DNA of 64,000 nucleotides from positions 17,436-81,435 of the forward strand of contig CAYIMB010000002.1 of assembly GCA_964364425.1 (NCBI GenBank), read 5' to 3'. The notes under the pieces are model-generated. The model saw only the letters and a list, made by a program, of their open reading frames with translations. It was not told the origin of the DNA and did not search any database. Of the stretch, positions 39,369-49,544 are shown in pieces. A program made the position numbers and the translations under genes. How positions within the stretch are numbered: position 1 is the stretch's first letter; every line of letters starts with the position of its first letter. The stretch is from an uncultured Gammaproteobacteria bacterium. GTDB taxonomy: Bacteria; Patescibacteriota; Patescibacteriia; UBA9570; JBBTWU01.

Positions 39369-40691
39369 ATGAACACAACTATTTCCGCTCTCCCAGAGTT
39401 GACTGGGAAAAGCGTTACTCTCCAAGGCTGGGTGTATAACTTCCGGAGTTCCGGTAAGATTTTTTTCTTGCAAGTGAGAGATGGGTCAGGTTTTGTGCAG
39501 GCTGTGGCCAGCAAGGCGGATATTTCTGCAGAATCCTGGGCGGCCTGTGAACAAGTCAGTATAGAAAGCTCAGTTGAAGTGACTGGTGTGGTGAAAGAAG
39601 ACACGCGCAGTGCTTCTGGTGTGGAGTTGGGCGTAACAGAAGTGAAGTTGATTCACGCCGGCCCAGAATGGCCCATTGGAAAAAAAGAACACGGGCCAGA
39701 ATTTTTGTTTGATAATCGAGATTTGTATTTGAGGTCTAAAACGCCCTGGGCTATCTTGCGCATTCGCGACCGAATATTTTTTTCTATAGAGCATTTTTTC
39801 CACGAAGAAGGATTTATCAGGTTTGATTCACCCATCATCCAACCCACGAGTTGTGAAGACACCACGCAACTCTTCACCGTGGACTATTACGGAACTCCTT
39901 CCTACTTATCCCAATCTGGTCAGCTCTACAGTGAAGCGGGGATTATGTCGTTTGGAAAAGTGTATGACTTTGGACCAGTCTTCCGCGCAGAAAAAAGTAA
40001 AACACGTCATCATTTGTCAGAATTGTGGATGATGGATGCTGAGATGGCATTCTTTGACCAACAGATGAACATGGATTTACAAGAAAAGATGGTGAAACGG
40101 ATTGTGAAAGATGTACTGGATCACTACAAAGTTGAACTGGCCATTCTAGAACGAGACACCACTATTCTGGAACGCCTAGTCAAAGAACCATTTGTACGCC
40201 TGACTCATGCAGAGGTCAAAAAGATGTTGAAAGACGAAGGGTTGGTTTCAGAGGTTGAACATACCGATGAAAATTACTGGGCAGATGATATGTCAACGGA
40301 AGCTGAGGTTGCTTTGGGCAACAAATATAAGCTTCCAGTGTTCATTCAAGATTATCCAGCCGCGGTCAAGTCGTTCTACATGAAAAAATACACAGATTCA
40401 GATGGAATGTTACGCGTTCGTTGTGCTGACTTGATAGCACCAGAAGAGGGGAGAGAAATCATTGGTGGCAGTCAACGTGAAGAAAGTTATGAACTGCTGA
40501 AACAAGAAATAATTGACCGCAAATATCCATTGAAAGAATACGAGTGGTACCTGAACACGCGCAAATTTGGAAGTGTCCCACACAGCGGATTCGGTATAGG
40601 ACTTGAGCGCACCGTTCGCTGGATCACCGGAACTCATCACATTCGTGAAACTATTCCGTTTCCTCGTATGCTTAACCGGATGAAACCCTAA
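39369..40691 (+). CDS. asnS: Asparaginyl-tRNA synthetase
   Basis: LSQSGQLY, FRAEKSKTRHHLSE, EIIGGSQRE, PHSGFGIGLER. Confidence 0.95.
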   Translation: MNTTISALPELTGKSVTLQGWVYNFRSSGKIFFLQVRDGSGFVQAVASKADISAESWAACEQVSIESSVEVTGVVKEDTRSASGVELGVTEVKLIHAGPEWPIGKKEHGPEFLFDNRDLYLRSKTPWAILRIRDRIFFSIEHFFHEEGFIRFDSPIIQPTSCEDTTQLFTVDYYGTPSYLSQSGQLYSEAGIMSFGKVYDFGPVFRAEKSKTRHHLSELWMMDAEMAFFDQQMNMDLQEKMVKRIVKDVLDHYKVELAILERDTTILERLVKEPFVRLTHAEVKKMLKDEGLVSEVEHTDENYWADDMSTEAEVALGNKYKLPVFIQDYPAAVKSFYMKKYTDSDGMLRVRCADLIAPEEGREIIGGSQREESYELLKQEIIDRKYPLKEYEWYLNTRKFGSVPHSGFGIGLERTVRWITGTHHIRETIPFPRMLNRMKP

Positions 40692-40695
40692 ACTT

Positions 40696-42441
40696 ATGCT
40701 CCGGACTCACACCTGTGGTGAATTAAGAAAAACACACCTTGGAAAAACCGTTCAACTTTCTGGCTGGGTCAACCGCGTCCGCAACTTAGGCGGCGTGTTG
40801 TTTTTGGAATTGCGTGACCGGTACGGTGAAACCCAAGTCTTGATTTCTCCAGAAAGAGATGAGGTTATGCACAAATTAGTTTTGGGCTTGTCACCAGAAT
40901 CTGTGATCCACGTTACCGGCACGGTAAAAGCCCGTGAAAAGCATGTGATAAATAAAGACATACCAACCGGTGAGATTGAAGTGGTTCCAGACCAGATAGA
41001 AGTGTTGAACTCCGCTAAGCCTATGCCGTTTGAAGTGAACGTGGAACGTGAACAGAGTGAAGATTTACGGTTGAAATATAGATATATTGATCTGCGTAGG
41101 CCTTCCATCCAGCGCAACATGATTGTGCGCTCTAACTTTATTAAAGCTATTCGTGATTTCATGCACGGCGAAGACTTTATAGAGGTGCAGACGCCTATCC
41201 TTACCGCGTCATCCCCAGAAGGCGCGCGTGACTTTGTAGTCCCTTCACGCATTCACCCAGGAAAATTTTACGCTTTGCCCCAAGCCCCACAGCAATACAA
41301 ACAACTCTTGATGGTGGCTGGGTTTGATAAGTACTACCAAATTGCTCCGTGCATGCGGGATGAAGACCCACGAGCTGACCGTTCACCCGGAGAGTTTTAT
41401 CAGCTGGATTTGGAAATGTCGTTTGTGGATGAAGAAGATGTGTGGGAAGTGGTTGAGCGCATGTCCCAATACGTAGTCAAAGAAGTGACGGATAAAAAAA
41501 TCTGGAAATTTCCGTTCCCTCGCTATTCATATGACGAAGTCATGTTGAAATATGGTTCAGATAAACCAGATTTGCGCTATGGTGTGGAAATTACAGATGT
41601 TACAGAGTTAGCCAAACAATCTGAATTTAAGATTTTCACCGCAGCAGAATGTATCCGTGCGTTGTCTGTCCCGGCAGAGTTAAGTCGTAAAGATGTTTCA
41701 GATTTAGAGTTAGTGGCCAAAGCCAACCACGCCAAAGGTTTGGCGTATGGAGTTCTCAAAGGAAAGACGTTTGAATCCAGTATTTCAAAATTCTTTACCC
41801 CAGGTCAGCAAGCTGAATTGATAGAAGTAGTAGGCGCCAAAGCAGGGGACACCCTGGTGTTTGTAGCAGATACTCCGGCTGTGTGCGCTAAAGCCTTGGG
41901 CGCAGTGCGTTTGGCTGTAGGCAAAAAATACCAGCTAGCTGATCCAAACGTTTTAGCCTTTGCTTGGGTGACAGACTTTCCATTCTTTGAATGGGGTGAC
42001 AGCGAAAACAAATTAGATTTCATGCACAATCCATTCTCAGCACCAGTTGGCGGTTTGCAAGCACTAAAAGAACAAGACCCGCTCACCATCAAAGCCAGGC
42101 AATATGACTGGATTTGTAACGGTTTAGAGTTGGCTTCTGGTGCTATCCGTAACCATGATCCAAAAGCATTGCTTAAAGCTTTTGAAATGGTGGGATATCC
42201 AGAGAAAGAAGTGCGAGCTAAGTTTGGTCATATGATGGAAGCCTTTGAGTTGGGTGCCCCTCCCCACGGCGGAATTGCCCCAGGCATAGACAGATTCCTC
42301 ATGGTTTGCTTTGGTTTTGAATACATTAGAGATGTGGTGCCATTCCCTAAGAATCAAAAAGCAGAAGATCCTATGATGGGAGCTCCGTCTGAGTTGAATG
42401 ACAAGCAGTTGAAAGACCTTCACATCAAACTGGAAAAATAA
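40696..42441 (+). CDS. aspS: Aspartyl-tRNA synthetase
   Basis: MLRTHTCGEL, PEGARDF, YALPQAPQ, PPHGGIAPGIDR. Confidence 0.97.
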   Translation: MLRTHTCGELRKTHLGKTVQLSGWVNRVRNLGGVLFLELRDRYGETQVLISPERDEVMHKLVLGLSPESVIHVTGTVKAREKHVINKDIPTGEIEVVPDQIEVLNSAKPMPFEVNVEREQSEDLRLKYRYIDLRRPSIQRNMIVRSNFIKAIRDFMHGEDFIEVQTPILTASSPEGARDFVVPSRIHPGKFYALPQAPQQYKQLLMVAGFDKYYQIAPCMRDEDPRADRSPGEFYQLDLEMSFVDEEDVWEVVERMSQYVVKEVTDKKIWKFPFPRYSYDEVMLKYGSDKPDLRYGVEITDVTELAKQSEFKIFTAAECIRALSVPAELSRKDVSDLELVAKANHAKGLAYGVLKGKTFESSISKFFTPGQQAELIEVVGAKAGDTLVFVADTPAVCAKALGAVRLAVGKKYQLADPNVLAFAWVTDFPFFEWGDSENKLDFMHNPFSAPVGGLQALKEQDPLTIKARQYDWICNGLELASGAIRNHDPKALLKAFEMVGYPEKEVRAKFGHMMEAFELGAPPHGGIAPGIDRFLMVCFGFEYIRDVVPFPKNQKAEDPMMGAPSELNDKQLKDLHIKLEK

Positions 42442-43145
42442 TGGGCGTAAGTTACAAACTGCAACAATTTGAAGGGCCCTTAGACGTGTTGTTGCGTTTG
42501 ATTGAAGATGAACAACTTACCATTACGGACGTAAGCCTGGCTCAAGTCACGGAACAGTTCATGCAATATCTCCAACAAATAGAACAAAGATACCCAGAAG
42601 AGCTGGCAGACTTTTTGGTGGTAGCGACCCGGCTCCTCCTGCTCAAATCCCAGGCTCTCCTGCCGTACTTAGTCATAGAAGAGGAAGAAGACCCAAACCA
42701 GCTCACGCGCCAACTCAAAATATACAAAGCCTACGTGGATGCCATGAAGTATGTAGCAGCCCGTCTAGCGTCTAAAGCGTTTTTGTATCAACGGACGTCC
42801 TCATTACTTTCTGGTATTGGTCCGGTATTTGCTCCACCGCCTGACACCAGCGCAGACGTTTTGCGCGAAGTATTTGAGCAAGTCCTAGACGAACTTGCTC
42901 CGGTGGTGCGTATTCCTAAAGCCGCCATAGAAAAAGTCGTCTCTCTGAGAGAAAAAATTTGTCATATCACCGACTTGATTGAAAAAGAAGCGCAACTCTC
43001 CTTCAAACATCTCATGTCCACGGCCGGATCTAAAACAGAGGTTGTGATAACCTTCCTAGCTCTGCTAGAATTGATCAAACAGCGCGTGGTCTGTGTGTCT
43101 CAAGATAAACCATTTTCCGACATAGTGATTCAAAAACCCGTATGA
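42441..43145 (+). CDS. scpA: Segregation and condensation protein A
   Basis: FEGPLDVLL, TFLALLELIK. Confidence 0.95.
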   Translation: MGVSYKLQQFEGPLDVLLRLIEDEQLTITDVSLAQVTEQFMQYLQQIEQRYPEELADFLVVATRLLLLKSQALLPYLVIEEEEDPNQLTRQLKIYKAYVDAMKYVAARLASKAFLYQRTSSLLSGIGPVFAPPPDTSADVLREVFEQVLDELAPVVRIPKAAIEKVVSLREKICHITDLIEKEAQLSFKHLMSTAGSKTEVVITFLALLELIKQRVVCVSQDKPFSDIVIQKPV

Positions 43146-43732
43146 ACAATTTAACTCAAACCATAGAAAGTTTGCTCTTGGTGGAACCCAAAGGCTTCAG
43201 CTTAAAACGATTAGCAGGTTTAACTCAAGCCTCTGCAGATGAGGTGAGTGAAGCCGTAGCCGCTTTAGCCCAGCGTTACACGGAAATTCAATCCGGCTTG
43301 CGGTTAGTCCAAGACGGAAACCAAGTGCAACTGACCACCGGACCTGAATCCGCCGTTACCATTCAAGCCTATGTCAAAGATGAAACCTCAGGTGAGCTGA
43401 CCCGTCCATCACTTGAGACACTGACCATTATTGCCTACCGTGGCCCCATTCCAAAATCTGAACTTGAGCTGATCCGCGGGATTAACTGTTCACTGATCCT
43501 GCGCAATCTGTTGATCCGTGGGTTAGTTAGAGAAGAGGCGCAAAAGACCACAGGAGAATCCATCTACAGCGTCACCGTTGACTTCCTTCGTCTGCTGGGA
43601 CTCTCCTCTACCGCTGAGTTGCCAGAATTTGAGAAACTCAACCAAAATGTAGATCTGCAAACTCTGTTGGGTGAATCAGAACAAGAAAAAGATTTTTTCC
43701 TGGCCGGAAAACACCAGTCCAAACCAGAGTAA
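43142..43732 (+). CDS. scpB: Segregation and condensation protein B
   Basis: LETLTIIAYRGP, IRGIN, FLRLLGLSS. Confidence 0.95.
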   Translation: MNNLTQTIESLLLVEPKGFSLKRLAGLTQASADEVSEAVAALAQRYTEIQSGLRLVQDGNQVQLTTGPESAVTIQAYVKDETSGELTRPSLETLTIIAYRGPIPKSELELIRGINCSLILRNLLIRGLVREEAQKTTGESIYSVTVDFLRLLGLSSTAELPEFEKLNQNVDLQTLLGESEQEKDFFLAGKHQSKPE

Positions 43733-43754
43733 ATAAGTCTGTCTACCACCACGC

Positions 43755-44771
43755 ATGCTCAATCAATTTCTCATTAGTCTTACTTTGGCCGCGCATGTAT
43801 TAGGTTTAACTTTGCCCCAGGTTATTGAGGAAGGGGTGTATGTGGTACCTTCGCTCCTGACTCCAGCCACTGGTGATGTGACGGAACTCAGGGTATTACC
43901 CGCTGTGGTAGACGCCGTTTCACGTCAAGCAGAGCCAATTTCTTCGGTGGAATATCGATTTCTGCCGGTAAGCACCAACCGTCCACAACCTCCATACAAG
44001 GTAGGGACTTCCACCGGGCCTTTAGTGACTGCCAAGTCTGCCGTGTTGCTGGACCAGGCAACCGGAATGGTGCTGTGGCAAAAAAATCCCGACAGCGTGA
44101 GGCCCATTGCCTCCCTGACTAAATTAATGACGGCTGTGGTGTACTTGAAACACCAGCCCTTAGATGGAATGAATCATATTCACACCTTGGCTCCGGAAGA
44201 AAATGCCGTGATTGGGTACAACCTCACCTTTCCTTCCGGAACGCAACTCACCACCGGGTCTTTATTTGGCGCCATGTTGGTGGGCTCCTTAAATAACACC
44301 GCTCTGGCCTTGAATGGCGCGACTGGTTTATCTACAACAGAATTTATAGCCCAGATGAATCAGTTGGCAGAGGAGTTTGGAATGAGACGTACCACGTTTG
44401 TGGATCAGACTGGAGTGAATAACAAAAATGTGGCTACGGCCGGAGATGTGGCTGTGCTCGCTAAGCAAGCCTTTGCCGAGTCGGATATTAATCAGTTTGC
44501 GGATCAGACTTCACTTGAAGTGCGTGACGTGAGTGGTGAGAAGGTCCGCACCGTGCAAGCCACTAACCAGTTGGCCGGAAATACTGATGTTGAGTTGCAA
44601 GGGGCTAAGACTGGAACCACTGCAGAGGCCGGGTACTGTTATGTATTTCAGGTGGTGATAGAAGGTCATTCGGTGATAGGGGTGATTTTGGGTGCGACCT
44701 CGGATGAAAGTCGATTTTCAGATGCCATTAAGCTGATAGATTGGACTAGCCAACAATTTGATTGGAAATAA
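43755..44771 (+). CDS. Peptidase S11 D-Ala-D-Ala carboxypeptidase
   Basis: ASLTK (SxxK), SLN (SxN), KTG. Confidence 0.92.
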   Translation: MLNQFLISLTLAAHVLGLTLPQVIEEGVYVVPSLLTPATGDVTELRVLPAVVDAVSRQAEPISSVEYRFLPVSTNRPQPPYKVGTSTGPLVTAKSAVLLDQATGMVLWQKNPDSVRPIASLTKLMTAVVYLKHQPLDGMNHIHTLAPEENAVIGYNLTFPSGTQLTTGSLFGAMLVGSLNNTALALNGATGLSTTEFIAQMNQLAEEFGMRRTTFVDQTGVNNKNVATAGDVAVLAKQAFAESDINQFADQTSLEVRDVSGEKVRTVQATNQLAGNTDVELQGAKTGTTAEAGYCYVFQVVIEGHSVIGVILGATSDESRFSDAIKLIDWTSQQFDWK

Positions 44772-44815
44772 GTCCGTGAGCGGAGTATACTAGATGGAGA
44801 TTAATATTTTTTTAT

Positions 44816-45853
44816 ATGGCAAAAAAGATTCGCATTGCAATTAACGGGTTTGGACGAATTGGACGCACCACCTTTAAGGCGGCTTTGGAACATGAAAATG
44901 AAGTGGAAGTAGTAGCCTTGAATGATTTGGGTTCAGCGGAAAACATGGCCTACTTGTTGAAGTACGACACCAACTACGGGATATATGGACGTGAGATAGG
45001 ATTTGGTACAAATTTTTTGAGTGTGGACGGAAAAAAGTTTAGTTTGTACGCGGAGAAGGATCCTAAGAGGTTGCCCTGGAAAAAGCTCCAGGTGGATGTG
45101 GTGTTGGAATGTACCGGACGTTTTACCAACAAGGATGACGCCGGGAGGCATCTGACTGCCGGAGCTAAACAGGTGATTATTTCTGCGCCGGCTAAATCCG
45201 GAGGACCAATTGGTACGTTTGTGTTGGGCGTAAACGCTCACGCAGGCCGGGCTTGGAAAAAGGCCAAGGGAACAGAGGTGATCTCTAACGCCTCATGTAC
45301 CACTAACTGCATTGCTCCGGTGATGGCGGTGTTGGAGAGTGCCTTTGGAGTGAAGAAAGCACTCATGACCACGGTACATTCGTACACGGCGGATCAAAAC
45401 CTGGTAGATGGCCCACATACAGATTTCCGTCGCGGCCGTTCTGCCGGAGCCAACATAGTTCCTACTTCTACCGGGGCGGCTCTGGCCACTACAGAAACCA
45501 TCCCCAGCCTGAAAGGAAAATTTGATGGGATAGCCATTCGCGTTCCGTCCACTACAGGCTCTCTATCTGATATTACCGCCGTGGTGAAAAAGAAAGTGAC
45601 CGTTCAGTCAGTCAACGCTGCGTTCAAGAAAGCAGCTAAGAATCCGCTATTCAAAGGCATCTTAGCGGTGAGTGAAGAAGAGCTGGTGTCCAAAGATATT
45701 GTGGGTCGTCCGGAATCAGCGATTGTGGATTTGGCCTTGACCATGGTAGTAGGAGATGACCTGGTGAAAGTGTTTGCTTGGTATGATAACGAATGGGCGT
45801 ATTCGTTACGTTTGGTTGAAGAAGCCATCTTGGTGGGTAAGGCGGTTGCCTAA
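44816..45853 (+). CDS. gap: Glyceraldehyde-3-phosphate dehydrogenase
   Basis: INGFGRIGR, NASCTTNC, WYDNEW. Confidence 0.98.
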   Translation: MAKKIRIAINGFGRIGRTTFKAALEHENEVEVVALNDLGSAENMAYLLKYDTNYGIYGREIGFGTNFLSVDGKKFSLYAEKDPKRLPWKKLQVDVVLECTGRFTNKDDAGRHLTAGAKQVIISAPAKSGGPIGTFVLGVNAHAGRAWKKAKGTEVISNASCTTNCIAPVMAVLESAFGVKKALMTTVHSYTADQNLVDGPHTDFRRGRSAGANIVPTSTGAALATTETIPSLKGKFDGIAIRVPSTTGSLSDITAVVKKKVTVQSVNAAFKKAAKNPLFKGILAVSEEELVSKDIVGRPESAIVDLALTMVVGDDLVKVFAWYDNEWAYSLRLVEEAILVGKAVA

Positions 45854-45881
45854 TTTAGACAGGAGAGTACACTGGCGCGTT

Positions 45882-47489
45882 ATGGAAACTGAATTATCTA
45901 GACCCGGTATACCTAGACACAAACCCCAAGAGTTTGAGCATGTAGTCATGGTTGTGGTTCCAGAGGGAGCCATCCAAGCAGATTTGCAACAATTGGAGAA
46001 GCGCGGGGTGAAGGTGCGTGATCAAGTAGTCACGGTTGAATATGAATACGGAGATAACGACATGGCCCTGGCTGATTATCAGTTTTCAGACGGAGCGTTT
46101 TGTTTGGTGAAAAAGTATGATAGCAATGTGCATTGGCCGGATGTTGTGGCTGAAAAGAGCAAGGCACAAGAATGGGCCGGTGATGTTCCTTTTTTGGTCA
46201 AAAAGAAACCTGAGAGCATTTCAACTATCCCGTCTGAAGGCTCACGTTCGCCTGAACCGCCACCCCCTAGTCCGCCTCCAGCGCCGCCTCCTGAAACTCC
46301 ACCGGCCTCTCCCACCCCGCCTGAGTGGCCATCTTTTGAATCCGAGAGAGAGTGGGAGTTATTGCAAAGGTATTGGAGGTTAGTGGCTCAAATTGAAGAT
46401 GCCCAACTGAAGATAGAACAGGCAAAGATTACCGAACGGAGACAGGAAATTCCTATTCAAACACGACGTTTAGAGATTGGACAAAAAAATTTACAACAAT
46501 TTCTAGTTCATCATCCGGAGTACACAAACCTTCCCAAGCCTTTGGAGGTTGCCAGTATAGATTTAGCGAGCGTAGAGGGCAGGAGGCGAGCCAAGGCGTT
46601 GTTGTTAGATAGTGATTTATCTCCAGTCGAAGCGGGCAAGCGCATCATAGCCATTGAGAAGGCGGGAGCTAAAATCGAATTACATCATCCAAAGTTGGAA
46701 CAGGGAGTTGGCACCAGTGCTGTGCGGCCTCCGCTCAAAACGGTCATGACTGACTTGAAGGAGGCACAGTACCGTGTTGGCCGTTTGAATAGTTTAGGGT
46801 TGTTGAGTCAACTCCAACATGGGGACACCCGGCATAATAATTTGCTGCGCTTAAAATCCACACGCCAGAGTTTAGAATATATTTTAAAACGATTTTCACC
46901 TCCCCCTCACGCCGACTCCTCCCTTAGCCGAGATTTTTTAGCTTTGCTGCATGGAGTGGTGGACGCCGTGAAGAAGGTTGAACAAGGGACCCAAAAAAAC
47001 TTTTTGTCTCGCTGGTGGTCACAGAATGAACTGATTCAACAACACAGAAAAATTGGTCAGGGCTTAAAAAAGTTAGAACAATTTACCCAGGAACACAGGG
47101 AGTTTGTGTACGCTTGCGCCCAGATCGAATTTCAACTAAGGTGGGCCAACACTTGGAGTTTTCATGTTCTCCGTCACCGTCCAGCAGTTCTCCGCCTGGA
47201 ACATCCTGTACCTGTTCATGATCCTGCTCGGCACCCTGATCCTGCTGTCCGCGCTGGTCATCCAAGACTGGCTCTGGATGAACAGGGAGACCGGTGTCTC
47301 GGCAGGAACGGCAGTCATGAACTTGCGCTTCTGGCAGTTAGCCTCCTGCTTGGTGGGGATCTCCTCCGCCTACGGAGCAGTCCCGCCGGTGCTGTTTGTG
47401 ACCGTCCCGACCTGGTTCCTCCTGACCCGCATGGTCGGGATGCCCCTGAGCGCGGCCATGATCGCTGCGGCGTGGTATGTGGCGTGTAG
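45882..47489 (+). CDS. Proline-rich hypothetical protein whose 3' end runs out of frame through the high-GC gene (native end probably lost near 47110)
   Basis: Start at METELS; SPEPPPPSPPPAPPP tract; last ~120 codons are an alternate frame of 47164..47541. Confidence 0.6.
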   Translation: METELSRPGIPRHKPQEFEHVVMVVVPEGAIQADLQQLEKRGVKVRDQVVTVEYEYGDNDMALADYQFSDGAFCLVKKYDSNVHWPDVVAEKSKAQEWAGDVPFLVKKKPESISTIPSEGSRSPEPPPPSPPPAPPPETPPASPTPPEWPSFESEREWELLQRYWRLVAQIEDAQLKIEQAKITERRQEIPIQTRRLEIGQKNLQQFLVHHPEYTNLPKPLEVASIDLASVEGRRRAKALLLDSDLSPVEAGKRIIAIEKAGAKIELHHPKLEQGVGTSAVRPPLKTVMTDLKEAQYRVGRLNSLGLLSQLQHGDTRHNNLLRLKSTRQSLEYILKRFSPPPHADSSLSRDFLALLHGVVDAVKKVEQGTQKNFLSRWWSQNELIQQHRKIGQGLKKLEQFTQEHREFVYACAQIEFQLRWANTWSFHVLRHRPAVLRLEHPVPVHDPARHPDPAVRAGHPRLALDEQGDRCLGRNGSHELALLAVSLLLGGDLLRLRSSPAGAVCDRPDLVPPDPHGRDAPERGHDRCGVVCGV

Positions 47490-47541
47490 CTTCGGCTACT
47501 TCTACTGCATCTACGCCCCGCGCAAGCTGCAGACTTTCTAG
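47164..47541 (+). CDS. High-GC3 membrane protein
   Basis: GGAG SD, G/C-ending codons in this frame, hydrophobic segments, downstream hairpin at ~47566-47610. Confidence 0.75.
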   Translation: MFSVTVQQFSAWNILYLFMILLGTLILLSALVIQDWLWMNRETGVSAGTAVMNLRFWQLASCLVGISSAYGAVPPVLFVTVPTWFLLTRMVGMPLSAAMIAAAWYVACSFGYFYCIYAPRKLQTF

Positions 47542-47705
47542 GTCCGGGGAGCAGTTCGCACGTTTGAACGCGCCGAGATAGTAGGCAGTCAGCCTCTCTC
47601 GGTGCGTTCTTCAGTTTCAAAGTTTTTATGTTCACCAATCACCAGATTGGCCAGGTCCAAAAGTTATCCATAAGACCGCGAAACGGTCTTTTTACGTTTT
47701 TACCA

Positions 47706-49377
47706 TGGTGACCCCACTGCATGGTTTCCAGAACTAGTTAATCAAAGAGAGTATATATGGAGTTTGATTGAAAATCTACAGTCTGCGATGGTTGGAGGTA
47801 GTCAATAGTCCTATACAAAAAATACACTACTTTTATGCCTAAATTAGGCATTTTTATTGTGTAAATTATCTTTTGTATACTAGACTATACAAAAGATAAC
47901 ACTATCTGTATACTCTGTAGTATAAGGATAAAATATGAATCAAATTCTACTGCAATATGTCCAAAACCAATTAGTTCGTGCCGGGCAGCGACTTAACGCG
48001 AATACTATTGATGCTCAGGGTAAAAAGTACCCACAACGCAATATCTACATCAAAATAAAAAAACACGTTGATGATTTTATAAGCGGAAAGTCATTAACGC
48101 GCTGGATAGTTATTCCGGGCCTGAGAGGTGTAGGGAAGACTACGGCTGTGTCTCAAATTTATTTTTACCTTACCCAAGATCAAAAAGTAAAAAGTAATAA
48201 TATCCTCTACACCTCACTAGATGAAGTCACAGATTTAGGTGGAAACCTACGAGAAGTTTTGGGAACATATGAGAAGGTACTTGGAAAGAGTTACGAGCAG
48301 CAGAATGAGCTCATTTTTATTTTACTTGATGAAGTGCAAGTTGACCCTAAGTGGGCATCAATACTTAAAATTCTTCACGAGAAATCAAAAAAAGTCTTTA
48401 TTATTTGTACTGGATCCTCTGCTGTAGAATTACAATCAAACGCCGATGCAGAACGACGAGCAATTTTTGAACGGTTATTTCCCATGAGTTTTACCGAATT
48501 TCAGATGGTGCAACGCGGCATATACCCCACAAAGGGACTGAAGTATGATTTACAACAAGCTTTGTATCAAGCATCTTCTGTAGAAGTAGCCTTTCAGAAA
48601 CTACAGGCATTAAACCAAGTAATCTTATCATACTGGTCAAAGGTTGATGAATTATCAGTTTCTGAATTTCTTAAAGTGGGGACACTCCCATTTGCGTTGA
48701 GCTATTCTGATGAATATCAGGTCTACCAAGCTATCAATCGTTTACTTGAACAGGTCATTGATAAAGATATCCGAGCACTTGGCAGTTTTAGTAATGAAAC
48801 GTTAAGTAAAATTAAACAGCTACTTTTTTTACTAGCAGATAGCAACGGTTCACTCGCTTTTTCAACCATCGCTAAGACTTTGGATATGCAACGACCAACT
48901 CTGAATAGCATCTTTGATGCCCTTGAAAAAACAGAGTTACTGATAAGAGCTTTACCACAAGGAGCAAACAATAAGCGAGTTACAAAACCATCTAAGTTTT
49001 TATTTATGAGCCCTGCTCTACGGTTAGCATTATTGAGTATTTCTGGACTCAAACAGACATTCGATACTCAACAAGGAGCTTTACTAGAAGATGTAGTAGC
49101 ATTGCATTACTATCGAGAGTTTGTAACAAAGCGTAAGGCTTCACTCATGTATGATGCAACTGAGGGTGGTGCAGACTTTATTGTGAATTTTATCCAACAC
49201 CGTAGGATTGTTGTTGAGGTTGGGATGGGGAGCAAAGATTCAAAACAAGTAGTGAAAACAATGAGTAAAGTTCAGAGTGATTATGGAGTAGTAATTAGCT
49301 CTACAGAACTAGGGGTTGATGAAATAAACAGAATAGTTTTTCTACCTATTAAGTTCTTTTTATTGATGTGACCCCAC
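47706..49377. mobile_element. Genomic islet at the tRNA-Glu 3' end
   Basis: GTGACCCCAC at 47708-47717 and 49368-49377; distal copy reads GTGGGGTCACCA (tRNA end with CCA) on the minus strand; AT-rich cargo. Confidence 0.65.
47935..49371 (+). CDS. AAA_14/DUF4143-type ATPase with a C-terminal nuclease-like domain
   Basis: GLRGVGKTT, LLDEVQ, CTGSS, LFPMSFTEF, ADFIV..VVEVG; AT-rich. Confidence 0.88.
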   Translation: MNQILLQYVQNQLVRAGQRLNANTIDAQGKKYPQRNIYIKIKKHVDDFISGKSLTRWIVIPGLRGVGKTTAVSQIYFYLTQDQKVKSNNILYTSLDEVTDLGGNLREVLGTYEKVLGKSYEQQNELIFILLDEVQVDPKWASILKILHEKSKKVFIICTGSSAVELQSNADAERRAIFERLFPMSFTEFQMVQRGIYPTKGLKYDLQQALYQASSVEVAFQKLQALNQVILSYWSKVDELSVSEFLKVGTLPFALSYSDEYQVYQAINRLLEQVIDKDIRALGSFSNETLSKIKQLLFLLADSNGSLAFSTIAKTLDMQRPTLNSIFDALEKTELLIRALPQGANNKRVTKPSKFLFMSPALRLALLSISGLKQTFDTQQGALLEDVVALHYYREFVTKRKASLMYDATEGGADFIVNFIQHRRIVVEVGMGSKDSKQVVKTMSKVQSDYGVVISSTELGVDEINRIVFLPIKFFLLM

Positions 49378-49440
49378 CGGGAATCGAACCCGGATTTCAG
49401 CGTTGAGAACGCCGCGTCCTAACCGTTAGACGATAGGGCC
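49369..49440 (-). tRNA. tRNA-Glu(CTC)
   Basis: GGCCCTA..TGGGGTC acceptor stem, loop TTCTCAA, T-loop TTCGATT. Confidence 0.95.
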
Positions 49441-49544
49441 ATGCCGCGCTAGACTATCCAAAAAGCTACCAACCGTCAAACCTGAACACTTAAATTCCTT
49501 AAGGATTTAGCTGTGCATACGCACAGATTACAACCAACAACTTT

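Noticed and set aside
45774-47489. 571-aa ORF as a genuine single protein
   Set aside because: The 5' part overlaps gap and the 3' part is an off-frame read of the high-GC gene; composition switches near 47150.
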